Shown here: piece by piece, positions 26,030-38,334 of the stretch
How the letters are laid out: every line of letters begins with the position of its first letter
Numbering within the stretch: the stretch's first letter is position 1
Assembly: GCF_006345805.1 (NCBI RefSeq)
Contig: NC_043008.1
Span: 3,100,001 to 3,164,000, forward strand
Direction: 5' to 3'
DNA from: Octopus sinensis
Lineage: Eukaryota
DNA: 64,000 nucleotides
Made by a program: the position numbers and the translations under genes
The notes under the pieces: model-generated
The model's input: only the letters and a program-made list of their open reading frames with translations
Database searches by the model: none
Told to the model about the DNA's origin: nothing

Positions 26030-28041
26030 GTAAATAAATCTACTCCATAATGCATTAACATATCTTGTACGTTGCTAAAGTGAGCAAGATTCTTCTAACT
26101 AATCTAGGCTTTGGCAATTGCGACAAGTTGCATAATATCGGATCTGCTACCAATATATTAAAAAATATGGGTACTTCTTTACACTAAATAATTGGATCCT
26201 TTTCTATCAGAGTCCTGGCTTTCTAAGTCTAAATGATATGGTAGGTTGTGACAATTTGCCGTTTCCCAGGGGGAAAATCGCATTTAATTTTTATCGGATT
26301 ATTTGGGAATTTTCTTGCTCATAGAAAAATTCTTGCAATCGGTATTTACGTTGTCTGTGTCCTTTCCCTTAAGGTTAGCGTTGTTTTATTTTGAGTTCTT
26401 AAATCAGTGTTCATCTTGTTCGTGTAAGGAGGCTTGATTTTATTCTTTTCAAAATCTGAATCCAAAAGGTAAGATTATACCTAAGCTTGCTGCAAGCAAT
26501 CCTAGGCTGGTGAGACTGATGGCATTAGTATACCTCTTCAAGCTTCATAACTTAATACCTCTTGACAATATATAGGCAGAGAATGAATTCCAGTGTGGCC
26601 CATGTTATGTAAATGAAGGCGTGATCATTCTATAGGACCTACAGGTTTGGACATGCAACGTTTGTGAAGAAGAGAAGAAATGAGTAGCATGGGAAAGCTT
26701 GAGTGATGGTGGTGGTATGAAATCAGCGAAATCCACGAAGAGGTGGGAAATCGGTGCACTAAGAGCTGGTGAGTTTCAACGGATGACTTTATGCCAATCT
26801 CTGGAGAGACTCAAAGCGACAGCACAGTCTCAGATGTGAGACTAATATTTCATTGTAAATTTCACCTGAATCCAGCAGAGTTTTACTAAATGTTGCTGCC
26901 GATTGACCGGCTTTGTTAGGTGATTCTCAAGATTTTCCTCTCCGTAACTTTATTGTTGTGAAATGAATTTATGAACGACACTTTTCATGCATTTTTAAAG
27001 TAAGTTCAAGCCTGTCTTAATACTGGGCCGTGCTATACTTCTCTAAAGAAGAGTACATTAGCTGTTCATAGCTGGAGGTTGTTGAATTCTTTAACAGTAA
27101 TGAAGCAAGTTGCACCTCAACTGCTACTGTTTCGTGCTTGCAAGAACAAACATGCATTTATAATAAACGTTTCCGTTTTTTACTACTGCTATAACATATT
27201 TGATTAACGGTTTTGAAGACAACAAAATTTCTATATAAATTCTACTCAATTTGGAGTCTTTCCTGGAAGATAAAAAAATACTGTGAAGGAAGCAATTACC
27301 AACAGAGGAGGAAAATTCGATTCAAACATACCAGAAATTCATCAAATGCATTTTATACAGGGGTGTCCATGTGAAGATTATCGCAACCAACTGTTAAAAG
27401 GCAAGATAATATAATAAATAAATTTATAGTGTCAACGCAATAATGCTAGCCATGATAAAGTATGTAAAATATTTGGAACTAGGAAATGTGTAACCGCAGG
27501 CCTGTACCTACCGCTGAGCTCTAGTGTCGTTTTGGTTACATTTTTGCTGACTCGGGTATTTCACAGAAACACATTTCTTTGCTGTTCGAAGCATCTCATA
27601 CCTCTTTTCCTCTCAATACAGAACAGTCAGCTTCCCAACTAGCTTTTACGATTATTTATTGTTACTACGTTTCCCGCTGCTCTTCCCAGTTATTGTTACA
27701 CTGGTTTTATAGCTCTGTCCGCTATATTTCTCCATCACTAAGTCAGCTGCCTTGTTTCTGTAGTTCAATTGCATCTAAAGAGATGGTTAGTGAAAAGCAA
27801 CAGGTTATGCTTGGCAATAAAGCGATACCTTTGATCATTTCCACTTCTCTGAACTCCAGAAAAAAGAAAACATTGTAGGTCTAGATTAAACTGATTAGGT
27901 TATGCCGTTAGATAATAAGGTAGCAAACTAATGCCTTCGCCATTCCCTAATAATACTTTTGCTAACACCTCCTTTTGCTAACCCTACTTCGGCCTATTCT
28001 AACACTGTAAACTTTGCAAATCATCAAATATACAAACTTAG

Positions 28042-29833
28042 ATTGCCAGTAGCAATCCAAAAACCTTCTTTGCCCATGTCCAACGGAATTCCCGCTTGAA
28101 CAACCAAATTGCAACGTTGGTAGACTCAACAGGCGTATCGATTGAGGACCCTTATCAACAGAGTCAATTATTTTCCGAGGCTTTTTCACTTATTTTCAAA
28201 CAAGATGATGGTCGTGAACCCCCTCCATTTGATAGATCGGTACCTCCAATGCTTCGATTGGTCATCACGCGGGACGAAGTCAAACGTATTATTCAAGGCC
28301 TCGATGTCAACAAGGGTCACGGCCCTGACGGCATACACCCACGGGTTATCAAAGCGTTGGCTCCGGTCATCTGCGAGCCCTTAACACGTCTATTAAACAT
28401 GTCATTGGCGACGGGTGTTATACCTGCGGACTGGATAACAGCGATAATCTGCCCAATTTTCAAGAAAGGGAGCCGCGAAGACCCGCTTAACTACCGACCG
28501 GTTTCCCTTACATCAATAATCAGCAAGATGTTCGAAACCATCCTTAAGAAAAGTATGATGCTCCACCTCCAAAACACAGCCTCTATCTCTGATTCCCAAC
28601 ACGGCTTCGTGCCGAAGAGGTCATGCTTGAGCAACTTACTGGTAATGGAAGAATTGGTGACGCGCATCCTCGATGATAGTGATGCTGTTGACATCGTTTT
28701 ATTGGACTTTGCCAAAGCTTTTGACTCGGTAAACCACCGCCTATTGCTTGTCAAGCTTCAAGCATATAGTTTCCATCCGGATATTGTACGATGGGTTGGT
28801 GCCTTCCTCCCAGATCGCTCCTTCCAAGTCCAAGTTAATGGTTCGCGGTCCGACGTCTCCAGTGCGAGCAGTGGCGTGCCTCAAGGTTCAGTGCTTGGGC
28901 CCTTAGTGTTCTTAGTCTTCATAAATGACTTGTCCGACGACCTCACGCAACACACCCTTCTATTTTCCGACGATGTCAAACTGGTCGCTCCTCGCGGTGA
29001 TATAGAGGATCTTCGTCGATGCCTCCACCAAATTTGGAGGTGGTCTAACGAATGGGACCTGTGTCTGAACGTGTCAAAGTGCTGTCATCTGCCTGTTGGC
29101 TCTCCTCCTGCAGCTCAACTTGATTTCGAGCCGGGTCGTCTGCTGCTGGAGAGGACCGATCAGGTAAAGGACCTGGGTATCTTGGTGGATTCCTCCTTTT
29201 CGCCTTCGGCCCAGTGCGTCCATGCTGCCAATAAAGCACGCGGAATTCTATTCTTGATTCGACGGTCATTCGGAATGCTCACAACAGCCATATTCCTACC
29301 AATCTATGTCACGCTGGTGAGACCAATATTGGAGTATGGGATTCAAGCCTCTTCTCCTTATCTCCTCAAAGACATACAGCATCTCGAAAGAGTCCAGAAG
29401 CTGGCTATCCGCATGGTTCATGGTCTCAAAAATCTGTCTTATGAAGAAAGGCTGAGGACGCTCGACCTTTATTCTCTAGATCACCGCCGTGGTGATCTCA
29501 TTCTCGCTCACATCATAAGCGGAAAGTGTAACCTCTCGAAAGAGCTGTTCTTCACTCCTGCTCCAGAGCGTCGGCTGCGGGTCATTCCGAAAAGCTCTAC
29601 CTGCGACGATTTCATCTCAATCAAAGGGGAGGAGCTTTCTCCGTCCGGGTTGCGGATCCGTGGAACAAGCTGCCAGACGAGATGGTGAAGATGCCGACGA
29701 CCGCTTTGTTCAAAGTCTCCCTTGACCTCAAGTGGCCTGAACTCTTTACATGAACACCACCCTGTACATAACTCCATGTCCCCCTACATGGCCTTGCTGT
29801 TTGCTTTTGAGCCAAATTAACTAACTAACTAAC
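28042..29833 (+). mobile_element. 5'-truncated non-LTR retrotransposon (LINE, CR1/L2 group) with (TAAC)n tail
   Basis: The reading frame is open from 28042 (SNPKTFFAHV) through the RT domain. The true C-terminus is in a shifted frame (GHSEKLYLRRF...PWNKLP...WPELFT*, stop 29751-29753). A short 3' UTR is followed by taactaactaactaac at 29818-29833. Confidence 0.95.
28096..29688 (+). CDS. LINE ORF2 reverse transcriptase (530-aa ORF, no endonuclease domain, frameshifted at about 29580)
   Basis: GPDGI, PIFKKG, NYRPVSLTS, QHGF, LDFAKAFDSV, GVPQGSVLGP, FSDDVKL, KDLGI and RPILEYG motifs. Confidence 0.95.
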   Translation: MNNQIATLVDSTGVSIEDPYQQSQLFSEAFSLIFKQDDGREPPPFDRSVPPMLRLVITRDEVKRIIQGLDVNKGHGPDGIHPRVIKALAPVICEPLTRLLNMSLATGVIPADWITAIICPIFKKGSREDPLNYRPVSLTSIISKMFETILKKSMMLHLQNTASISDSQHGFVPKRSCLSNLLVMEELVTRILDDSDAVDIVLLDFAKAFDSVNHRLLLVKLQAYSFHPDIVRWVGAFLPDRSFQVQVNGSRSDVSSASSGVPQGSVLGPLVFLVFINDLSDDLTQHTLLFSDDVKLVAPRGDIEDLRRCLHQIWRWSNEWDLCLNVSKCCHLPVGSPPAAQLDFEPGRLLLERTDQVKDLGILVDSSFSPSAQCVHAANKARGILFLIRRSFGMLTTAIFLPIYVTLVRPILEYGIQASSPYLLKDIQHLERVQKLAIRMVHGLKNLSYEERLRTLDLYSLDHRRGDLILAHIISGKCNLSKELFFTPAPERRLRVIPKSSTCDDFISIKGEELSPSGLRIRGTSCQTRW

Positions 29834-30663
29834 ATTAGTGAAACATCTGAAATATGCGGTCAGAGGTTTCTTGATAATTAAATTGTCTTTTTATGACTTC
29901 CAAAATACTTATCAGTTATAACATTTCTAAAACACGCTTTCTGTAGAAAGAATTCTAATCTAATGTTATTTAGATTCATGTCTCAGAGAAATCCCTTAAC
30001 TTTCATATATTTATACATTCCGTTCTTCTCCTTCGCTCCTTGTTCTTCGGCCATGGATGGTTGTTAAGCACTAATCTACTTTAGCATAAACATTCCTCGT
30101 ACAGCACAGATTTGGTGTTCACATATACTGCTTTCCTTGTTTGCTGAGAAATTAAAAAAATCAATATGGCTTTAATGTATATTTCAGTAGCAACACACTA
30201 ATTAACTGGTTGGATTTAAAAGTTAAATTACACCGATGCACTTAAGATATTTAACTATTTTTCATTTGCTACACCCAACCCATTAGCTTTAAACTAAATT
30301 TCCACAATTTAATCCGTTCTTTGTCAACTTGATTATTGAAATCCCAGTGTATAATGACTATGTTCTTATTATCATATGTCAAAGTATATCACTCATAAGC
30401 TTGATATGATTAAATGTTTAGCATATCCATTTTGAATGGCAGAGTGTGTCCACCAGATTTAAAATCATCACTTGGCCATTAGCTACATTTAGCTGAAGGA
30501 ATTAGAAATTAATTCCTCCATATTCACAGACAGGTTTTAGAAAAGTGTTCAACGGGAAACAATTAACAAAGTTCAGATGCTCAAACTTAATCAATCAGTT
30601 AATCCTTATTTCTATATATAGCGCTTGATTAGTGAGCGTGGACAACTGCAAAGTGCTTATTAC

Positions 30664-30829
30664 CTTTCTAAGTTTACTCGTGTCGTTCCTTTTTGCAAGC
30701 TCATTGATTGCATCTCTTCCATTTTCCCACTTATCCAAAGAAAGTCTTATATAATGTCGGCTCGTCCGTTCTGTCAATAATGAGTACTTCACTCCCCAGA
30801 AATGTCCTGCAAATCGCTCGTGTCTTTTT
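30664..30829 (-). CDS. Candidate 166-nt exon (KRHERFAGHFWGVKYSLLTERTSRHYIRLSLDKWENGRDAINELAKRNDTSKLRK), gene unidentified
   Basis: Acceptor ccctgctttcggtag| and donor aag|gtaata. Exactly one frame is open across 55 codons. No homology recognised. Confidence 0.4.
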
Positions 30830-30864
30830 CTACCGAAAGCAGGGTTTCCAAGTATTCGACATCA

Positions 30865-31160
30865 GTACTTACTTTTTTGAAGCTTGGTACTGACACTCAC
30901 AGCACTTATTGCCGAACCGCTATGTTGCAAGGACTTAAACAAACCAACACCGGCTCCGAAGTAATGGTGCTGGTGGTCGTGGACAACACAGGTACAAACA
31001 CACGCAAATATATTTCTTTCAGTTTCTCTCTACAAAGTTCTCTTAGAGTTCTGTGGTCAGCCTGGGGTTATAGTAGAAGTAGAAGACACTTGACTAAGGT
31101 GCTACGCGTCGGGAATGAATCCAGAACCATGAGTTTGGGAATCAAACTTCTTAACAACCA
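30865..31160 (-). mobile_element. SINE family 1, decayed
   Basis: ttgccgaaccgct, tttctttcagttt, tatagtagaag..acacttg..aaggtgc and gaaccatg blocks. Confidence 0.75.
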
Positions 31161-31315
31161 CGTGATCCCACTTTCAGCGGTTAAGAGAGCGATTGTGCAA
31201 TTTCCCAGAGAGAGGAATGAGTCCACATCACCACGCCCAGATTAATCAGGGCCCTCTGACAGGACCCTACACTTTGTTAAGAGGAGTGTGTAGGATAATA
31301 GCCAGCGCTCATGTT
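31160..31315 (+). mobile_element. Short fragment of the Tc1 family found at 32230-33605
   Basis: Aligns to about 32580-32720 (gattaatcagggccctctgacaggacc identical). Confidence 0.8.
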
Positions 31316-31674
31316 AGATAAATAGAAAACATAGAAGTATAGTTAAAGCAGGCTAACATGTGAAGAATTTTGTTTAAAACAATAACGTGAACGGCAGTAA
31401 GAGTCTGGAATGTATGAATTGCATTATATTTCGTTGAGAAAGCTGAATGAATTAGAAATATATCGGCAGATGTTAAGGTTGGTACCATTGCTCTTGTATC
31501 GCATCAATTTTAAATCATTTGAATAGGTTGAGGCTTCTCTCTTGAACTCTTTGAAAATAAATTATATTAATGCTAAAGTGTTTTGCCTCATTAATACAAA
31601 TTCCGTTGCCTAACAAATATTCTACTCATACAACATCTATATTTATCCGTATGCACAGATGGTCCTACTCTTAC

Positions 31675-31677
<3 letters not shown>

Positions 31678-31707
<30 letters not shown>

Positions 31708-31755
31708 CATACATACATACATACATACATACATACATACATACATACATACATA
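31678..31755. repeat. (ACAT)n microsatellite
   Basis: Visible directly. Confidence 0.97.
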
Positions 31756-32229
31756 CCATCTTTACGTTAATTAAAATGTCCGCAACATGTTTTAGCTTCA
31801 AAGAGAAACTCACTTAAGTGACCATGAACAAAAACTCCTCTCTTATGGCAAAATATATGAGAACAGCATATCTGTTCAGTACTTTCCCTTTAGCCGATTC
31901 CCAAACGCGCGTTTGTGATTTGTTAGGCTTCTTAACGAGATACACCTAAGATAGATATCTGCGGACGGATTCAAACCCGTAGCTTGATCTAAAAGCAGTC
32001 AGCATTTGTGACTGAGTTGCGTTAGTGGACCGCTTGGTCGGAAATCAAAATAGCATTATCAGTGAAAATCTGTTATTGAGAATAATCGAACTCGATCTGC
32101 AAGAGTTGTATCTCTTCAGTATTTCCAATAGCGGAAAGCCATCAAGGTGCATCTGAGAATCCGCTAGATGTAAGTACTGAGCGGATATAGTGTTTTCATA
32201 GCTTCTACTATACGAGGGAATTTGATGTT

Positions 32230-33605
32230 AAACTGTGTCACAAATATATTTTAACTAACCTAAAGTCTGTTTATTCTTCATCACAGCGTCATGCCTATGT
32301 TGTTGTATACATGGGGATATGTATGTTGGTAGGTGTGCATTCACACAGATATGACAGAAGTAAATAGTCACGCCATAAAACATCGTTTAATAGTTATTCT
32401 AATTTGTAAAGATGTATATTTTTTTTATTAATTGACATTTCTATATTTCCAGTTCTATATGTGACAGTTTAGTCATGCCACGTACAAAAGAAACCCTGTA
32501 ACTATCTGAACTTCAAGGAGGCCGTATTGTGGTTTAGTCGGAAGTCGGACATAATCAGGGTAAAATCGCAGAAAACTTTGAGATCCTACTTTCTACGGTT
32601 AATAGAGCGATTGCGCAATTCACCAGAGAGAGGAACGAGTCCGCATCACCTCGTTCAGATTAATCAGGGCCCTCTGACAGGACCTTTCTCTTTGTTAAGA
32701 GAAGTGTGTAGGATAATCCTCGTTGCAAGGCCTTTAAAAGAACAAGTTGATGTCAGTTCCAGAACAGTTGTCAGGTCTCCATAAACTTGGTTAATATGGC
32801 AGAGCAGCAAAAAGGGAGCAACTTCTTCGACCAGCCAATATAGTGTAGAGAAAAGATTGAGCCAGTGAGATGGTGGAGAGGTCACTAGCAGTTTGGGACA
32901 CTGACGAGTCCGGTTTTGCTGTATTTTCTGACAGTGGTCGAGTGTGGGTCCGGAAACTCTGTGATCAAGCACCTAATATGAAAATATTGCAGTCAACAAT
33001 GAAACAGCTCTGATCAACAGTTTATCATGCGAGAGAATTACTTTTCAATGTAAACCTAGGAAAGAAGTGGTTGATCAGAGCTGGTGGAGTGTGAGGGAAA
33101 CATAAACTCAGATAAATATGAGTCCATATTGCAGAAAAGACTGTCTCCAATCTTCTCCAGTGGTGAAATGACTAAAGAAGACACTTTATTAATGAAGATA
33201 GGACGTCTTGTCACATGGCTAGCACGACCCAAGATTTGTTGGATGAGAATGGCATTAAAAAGCCCCCATGGCCAAGCCAGTCACCAGATATGAACCCTAT
33301 TGAACAGCTCTGGGACATAATGGACAGGACACTTCATAAAAAAAAAAACAAGAAGGCGTATTCAATGTCAGATCTTAGGGGATTCCTGCATGAAACTTGG
33401 CAAGGACTTCCGCAAGAGAATATTCGTTATCTAACCAGTAACATACCAAATAGGGTCTTTGCATTACAAAAATGCAATGGACATGCCTACGAAATATTAA
33501 ATAATCAACGTTATAACAATTAATCAATAATTTAAATGTATAATATCAGATTTAAATATATTTTAATGATTATAGGGGTGTCTATCTATTTGTGACATGC
33601 CTGTT
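32230..33605 (+). mobile_element. Near full-length decayed Tc1 (DD34E) transposon
   Basis: Starts MPRTKE at about 32450. Later come ECEGNINSDKYESILQ and WPSQSPDMNPIEQLW, the Tc1 SPDLNPIE motif. Residual TIRs: tgtgtcacaaata (about 32234) and tatttgtgacatg (about 33587). Confidence 0.88.
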
Positions 33606-33663
33606 TAACATATATGTTTGTATGTATTTATGTATAAGTGTATATATATATATAATATATATA

Positions 33664-33716
<53 letters not shown>

Positions 33717-34614
33717 AGTGTGTGTGTGTACGTGTGTGTGTGTTTGTGTGTGTATACATGTTTATATACATATATATGTATGGAAATATATATGCATATG
33801 TATATATGTGTATGTGTATATATATGTTTATATATATACGTATACATATACATATACATATACATATATATGCATATATATACATATATATATACACATG
33901 TATACATATATACATTTACAAAGGAGTGTTTTTGTGCATGCGAACTTGGTACCCCAGCATCGCCAAAATACAACTGCAAAAGAAGATAGAAAAATAGAAA
34001 ATACATACACCTCCCACACATGCATGCGTGTGTGCAATGGCATATGCCAATGTATTACATGAAGAAAATCTTATTAAAATGGCAAATAAGAAAAATCGAA
34101 TGCGTTGGTATTTTTTTTTTTTATTGTAAAGCGTTGCCGCGAAATATTGTTTTTTCTATTTGTTTTTACTTTGTACAGAATTATCTCCAGGAAAAACTGT
34201 CGTAACTCTCGTAGCCTGAGGACAGAATAACGAGCTGATGCCTGGAAAGATGACAAAGTGGAAAAGGTTTATGACATTTTGGATCAGAAATACCAATATT
34301 CATCTGGAAAAGGAGCAAAGGAAAATGTCAAATGTGATTTAATCTACAAAGCCTGCATTGAATTCCTGATTCACACGCAACCACACACACACACACAGAC
34401 ACACAGGCACCGATACACACACAAACACAGACACTCACACAAACACAGACACACGCACACACACACAAGAACTCATCACGCACAACGCTCACTCATGTTG
34501 CTTAACACACGCATATGCATTCGTGCATACAAGTCATATCTACACCAAGCACTGAATCCTCTACATGCATAAAATAACACACATACTTGTATATATATAT
34601 AGATATATATATAT

Positions 34615-34679
<65 letters not shown>

Positions 34680-34730
34680 TATATTACCGTATGTATATAT
34701 ATATATACATACGTATACGCATATATTATA

Positions 34731-34779
<49 letters not shown>

Positions 34780-34914
34780 TCGTTGAGAGGTGAGCTTAAT
34801 ATTCTATATCCATAACAAATGCCTCGATGCATAAGTTTTGCATACGAAATACTTATGTGAAAAGATTTTTATATATTATAATTTATATATGTAGAGACGT
34901 GCAACGTCTTGTAA

Positions 34915-34960
<46 letters not shown>

Positions 34961-35080
34961 CTATACTAATATATGTATTTCTATACATTTCTATATATTT
35001 ATATGCATCTATCTGCCTAAATATATATGTGTGTGTGTGTAGATAGAGAGATATATTGATATAGATATTTATATATGAAT
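33600..35080. repeat. Microsatellite-rich region (TA, GT, CA) with short unique spacers
   Basis: Visible directly. It is the source of many artefactual ORFs. Confidence 0.85.
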
Positions 35081-37859
35081 GGATGTCTCATATAAATTGC
35101 TAAATATACCCCGTCAATGTCTGCCTCACAGCAGCCTATTCCCGATGCTGACTTTACTTTCCTCGTATATTTTATCCTACTAAGCATATTATGTCATTCT
35201 TTCCGCAGTTAATTTCATAAACGCTATAACTTAACTCTACTACTGCTAATGTCTAATGCATTAATGTTTATGCCTTTATTCATAGCATTTGATTCGTTCC
35301 TAATTACCAATCTTATAACTCATATATCGTATAATGTCGTCGCCTGAAATATCATTTCTATTCTGCAATTGAGAATTCTGTCTCCTATTTTCCCTTTATA
35401 TATACTTGAAACTCTTGGACGTATATCTATATCACAATATCCACGTTCTTTTCATATGCCTTTCATCTGACAACTGCATCATATAGTTTACACCATTTTC
35501 TTTTTTCATACTAATGTATCTAACGAACAGTTTTCTAGTTGTAATAGGGTGTCCGCTTCTTTATTGCTTTCTATATACAACTTAAAATTTCCTAAATATG
35601 AAACTTTTTTACGACTCATCGTATGCTTGTTCAAGTCATATTTATTATAGCATAATATACATATGTGTCTCAGAGTAAATAGAAAAAAAATCCTTGTTTT
35701 TTTTTTCAGGCAGTTTGTGCCTATTTAATATATATTGATGTTTAGAGCGAAAGCAAATGCGTAAGAGCGATGTCCCCTGTCGGTTTGATATAATATAATA
35801 TACCGTATTGAAGTATGTAAAACAAAATTCATTCCCTTATTTATATTTGTTTCAGAGACTATTTGATGTAATATATATAGCTGTTAGTTTAGAGCTAACA
35901 AGAACCGTCATTTTTATGCTTAATACATATGGATTCTTTACACTTAAGCAAAAATCTTGGTATTGTAACCAAACTACATTTTGGTTTAAAATAACACATG
36001 GTAATTCTGATGTTCTTTAGAGATTTTCGGGGATGTTTCTTTGTCCTCAAGCAGTCTGGTGTAGCATAATCTACATAAGTATTTTACAGGTACCAGGAAC
36101 CGCAATATTTTATTGCATAGACAGTCACATTAGTGTAATAATCTTCATAGATATGCTAGTGTTTCGTAAAAATCGAAATATTTTACACCACATTCTGTGC
36201 GATATAGAATAACACGAATTGGTATTTAGAACTAAGCAAGAAGCGCAGTATTTTTGTTCTCGTATAGTTTAGTGTAGCACCTGATACATAGACAATGTAG
36301 CAAGGGAAGTAGCAGAAAGAGCGAAAGAAAATACGTCTAACACTGAAGAGTTTGTTGTGTATTCGTGTGATATATCTTGTTCGTCTTTTCATGGATTTTG
36401 TGACACACACGTTCTTAGATATTTCTAATGTTATGGTATTTCCTGTTCAGTATTTACAGAATCCAAGAAGGTGGTACAATACGAAATGATATTTTGTAAG
36501 CAAATATTAATAATGCAGAGTTTTTACTTTACTTCTTATTTATTTTCTATTTTTGTGGCCATGGAATTCCTTACGAATTATCTTCAAATATTTGTTCTGC
36601 CGACAAGCATTATTTACAGTGTTTCACGTGTTCGACAATTTAATTTGGTAGGAAATTTTCATAAGAATATACATAGTGCTCATATTTAATTTCATCTGCC
36701 TTAGGTCAGTTGTAATAGAGAAAGGTTATGGCCAGAGACAGTCCACTAATGACCATATTTTATATATCTGTCTACATTTTCCCAGGGGTCTTTTAAGAGG
36801 TAATTGGAGGGATTCTTACAAGTTTATCCACGCCTAAATATTTTTCCGTTGTCTCCTTTCGTTTTACTTGATTTTGTATTAATTTCGTTCTAGCTATGAT
36901 TTACCCGTAAAACTATCCCTTCTTTAACTGGAATTCTCACTGTGCAATTGTAAGTTTACCTAGATGTCATACATGATCGGCTACACATACGGTCAGGACT
37001 AGTTATGAAAAATATATTTATTTAAGTCATAATCTCATTCTGAAGAGAGATACATGTAATTGACTGTGTAATTCACAAAACAAGCTGCGCTCCATTCTTC
37101 ATTTGGTTTTGATTTAAACCTGTATGTGCTATGGCTGGCGATATCAGGAATGAACAATTTGGATGGAATCAGAACGCGACAGCTATCATACCTTAATATT
37201 TCTTATTGATACTTTGGATCTCGCAGAATGTTTAAGGATTATGAGCTTGAGGTCATTTGTGCCATTTAAATCTTTGTTATCCATCTATGATTTGCTACAG
37301 GATCGATAACGGAAACCTATACGTTGTTGAGCGTTCAATAACTTTCTATTGGAGAAAGCTACGTTGTCTAATGTATCCGTTTATATTTAATGCAAGATGT
37401 CACGTGAAAAGGGTTGCTACTGTAAGGTATAGAAGAAATTGGCGTCTATGAGATCCCTTGTTGTGACAGAAGGCGGTAGGTTTAGAAAGTAATAAGTTGA
37501 GTGCATTCATTTAGAGCCAAATCTCTCGCAGGTTAATGCAACCTTGGCTCTTGCGTATTACTCTCTATACACTTTTTAATCAATGTAGCAATTAAAAATG
37601 GAATTGATGAATAATATTTGAGGAAGAGTAGTTTGAAACTTTCAAATTCAAAACATGATGAATAGTTTGTAATATGCAAAAGAAAACAAAACACCTGCGA
37701 CGATAACGACGGCACTAACAATACTCCCTTGTACAATAAACTCAAGATCTCAATTTTTAGGGGAGGGAGGGGGTCGGTTTATATCTTCCTCACTGCACAA
37801 CCAGTGCTCATTTCATTAAAATCGAATGATGAAAGGCGAAGTCGATTCGGAGGTTTTTC

Positions 37860-37890
37860 AATAATAATAATTATAATAATAATAAAAATG

Positions 37891-37935
<45 letters not shown>

Positions 37936-37955
37936 TAATAATGATGATAATAACA
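37860..37955. repeat. (AAT)n microsatellite
   Basis: Visible directly. Confidence 0.95.
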
Positions 37956-38028
37956 TCAAAAAGTACCTTAGGAATGAGAACCCAGGTTCGAAATTTACCC
38001 AAGACACCTGGTGTCTATATATATGAGC

Positions 38029-38069
<41 letters not shown>

Positions 38070-38148
38070 TATACATATATGTAGATATATAGATATATAT
38101 ACATATATATATATGTATATATAAATATGTATTTATATATGTATGAAG

Positions 38149-38200
<52 letters not shown>

Positions 38201-38202
<2 letters not shown>

Positions 38203-38324
38203 TGGCCTGCTCGCTTAGCCAGCGGGATGGCGTCATTTCAAGGCTAAAACAATGCGAAACGCATTGTGACCAGCGATGTGTAGCAACATCTGATGGCCTG
38301 GTCTGTCACGGTGATCACGGTGAT
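38201..38324 (+). mobile_element. SINE family 2, 3' half, well preserved
   Basis: Homologous to 14226-14335 on the opposite strand. Ends in the duplicated tcacggtga tail. Confidence 0.75.
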
Positions 38325-38334
38325 ATATATATAT

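Noticed and set aside
26600-26860. Possible decayed LINE 3' end on the minus strand
   Set aside because: Similarity is only impressionistic and no motif is intact.
30790-30810. GHFWG matching a TDRD9/Spindle-E Tudor segment
   Set aside because: The flanking residues do not fit a Tudor domain; a five-residue coincidence.
35100-35640. Possible ancient RT relic (AFDS-like and ILSPIF-like fragments)
   Set aside because: Too degraded to support without a profile search.
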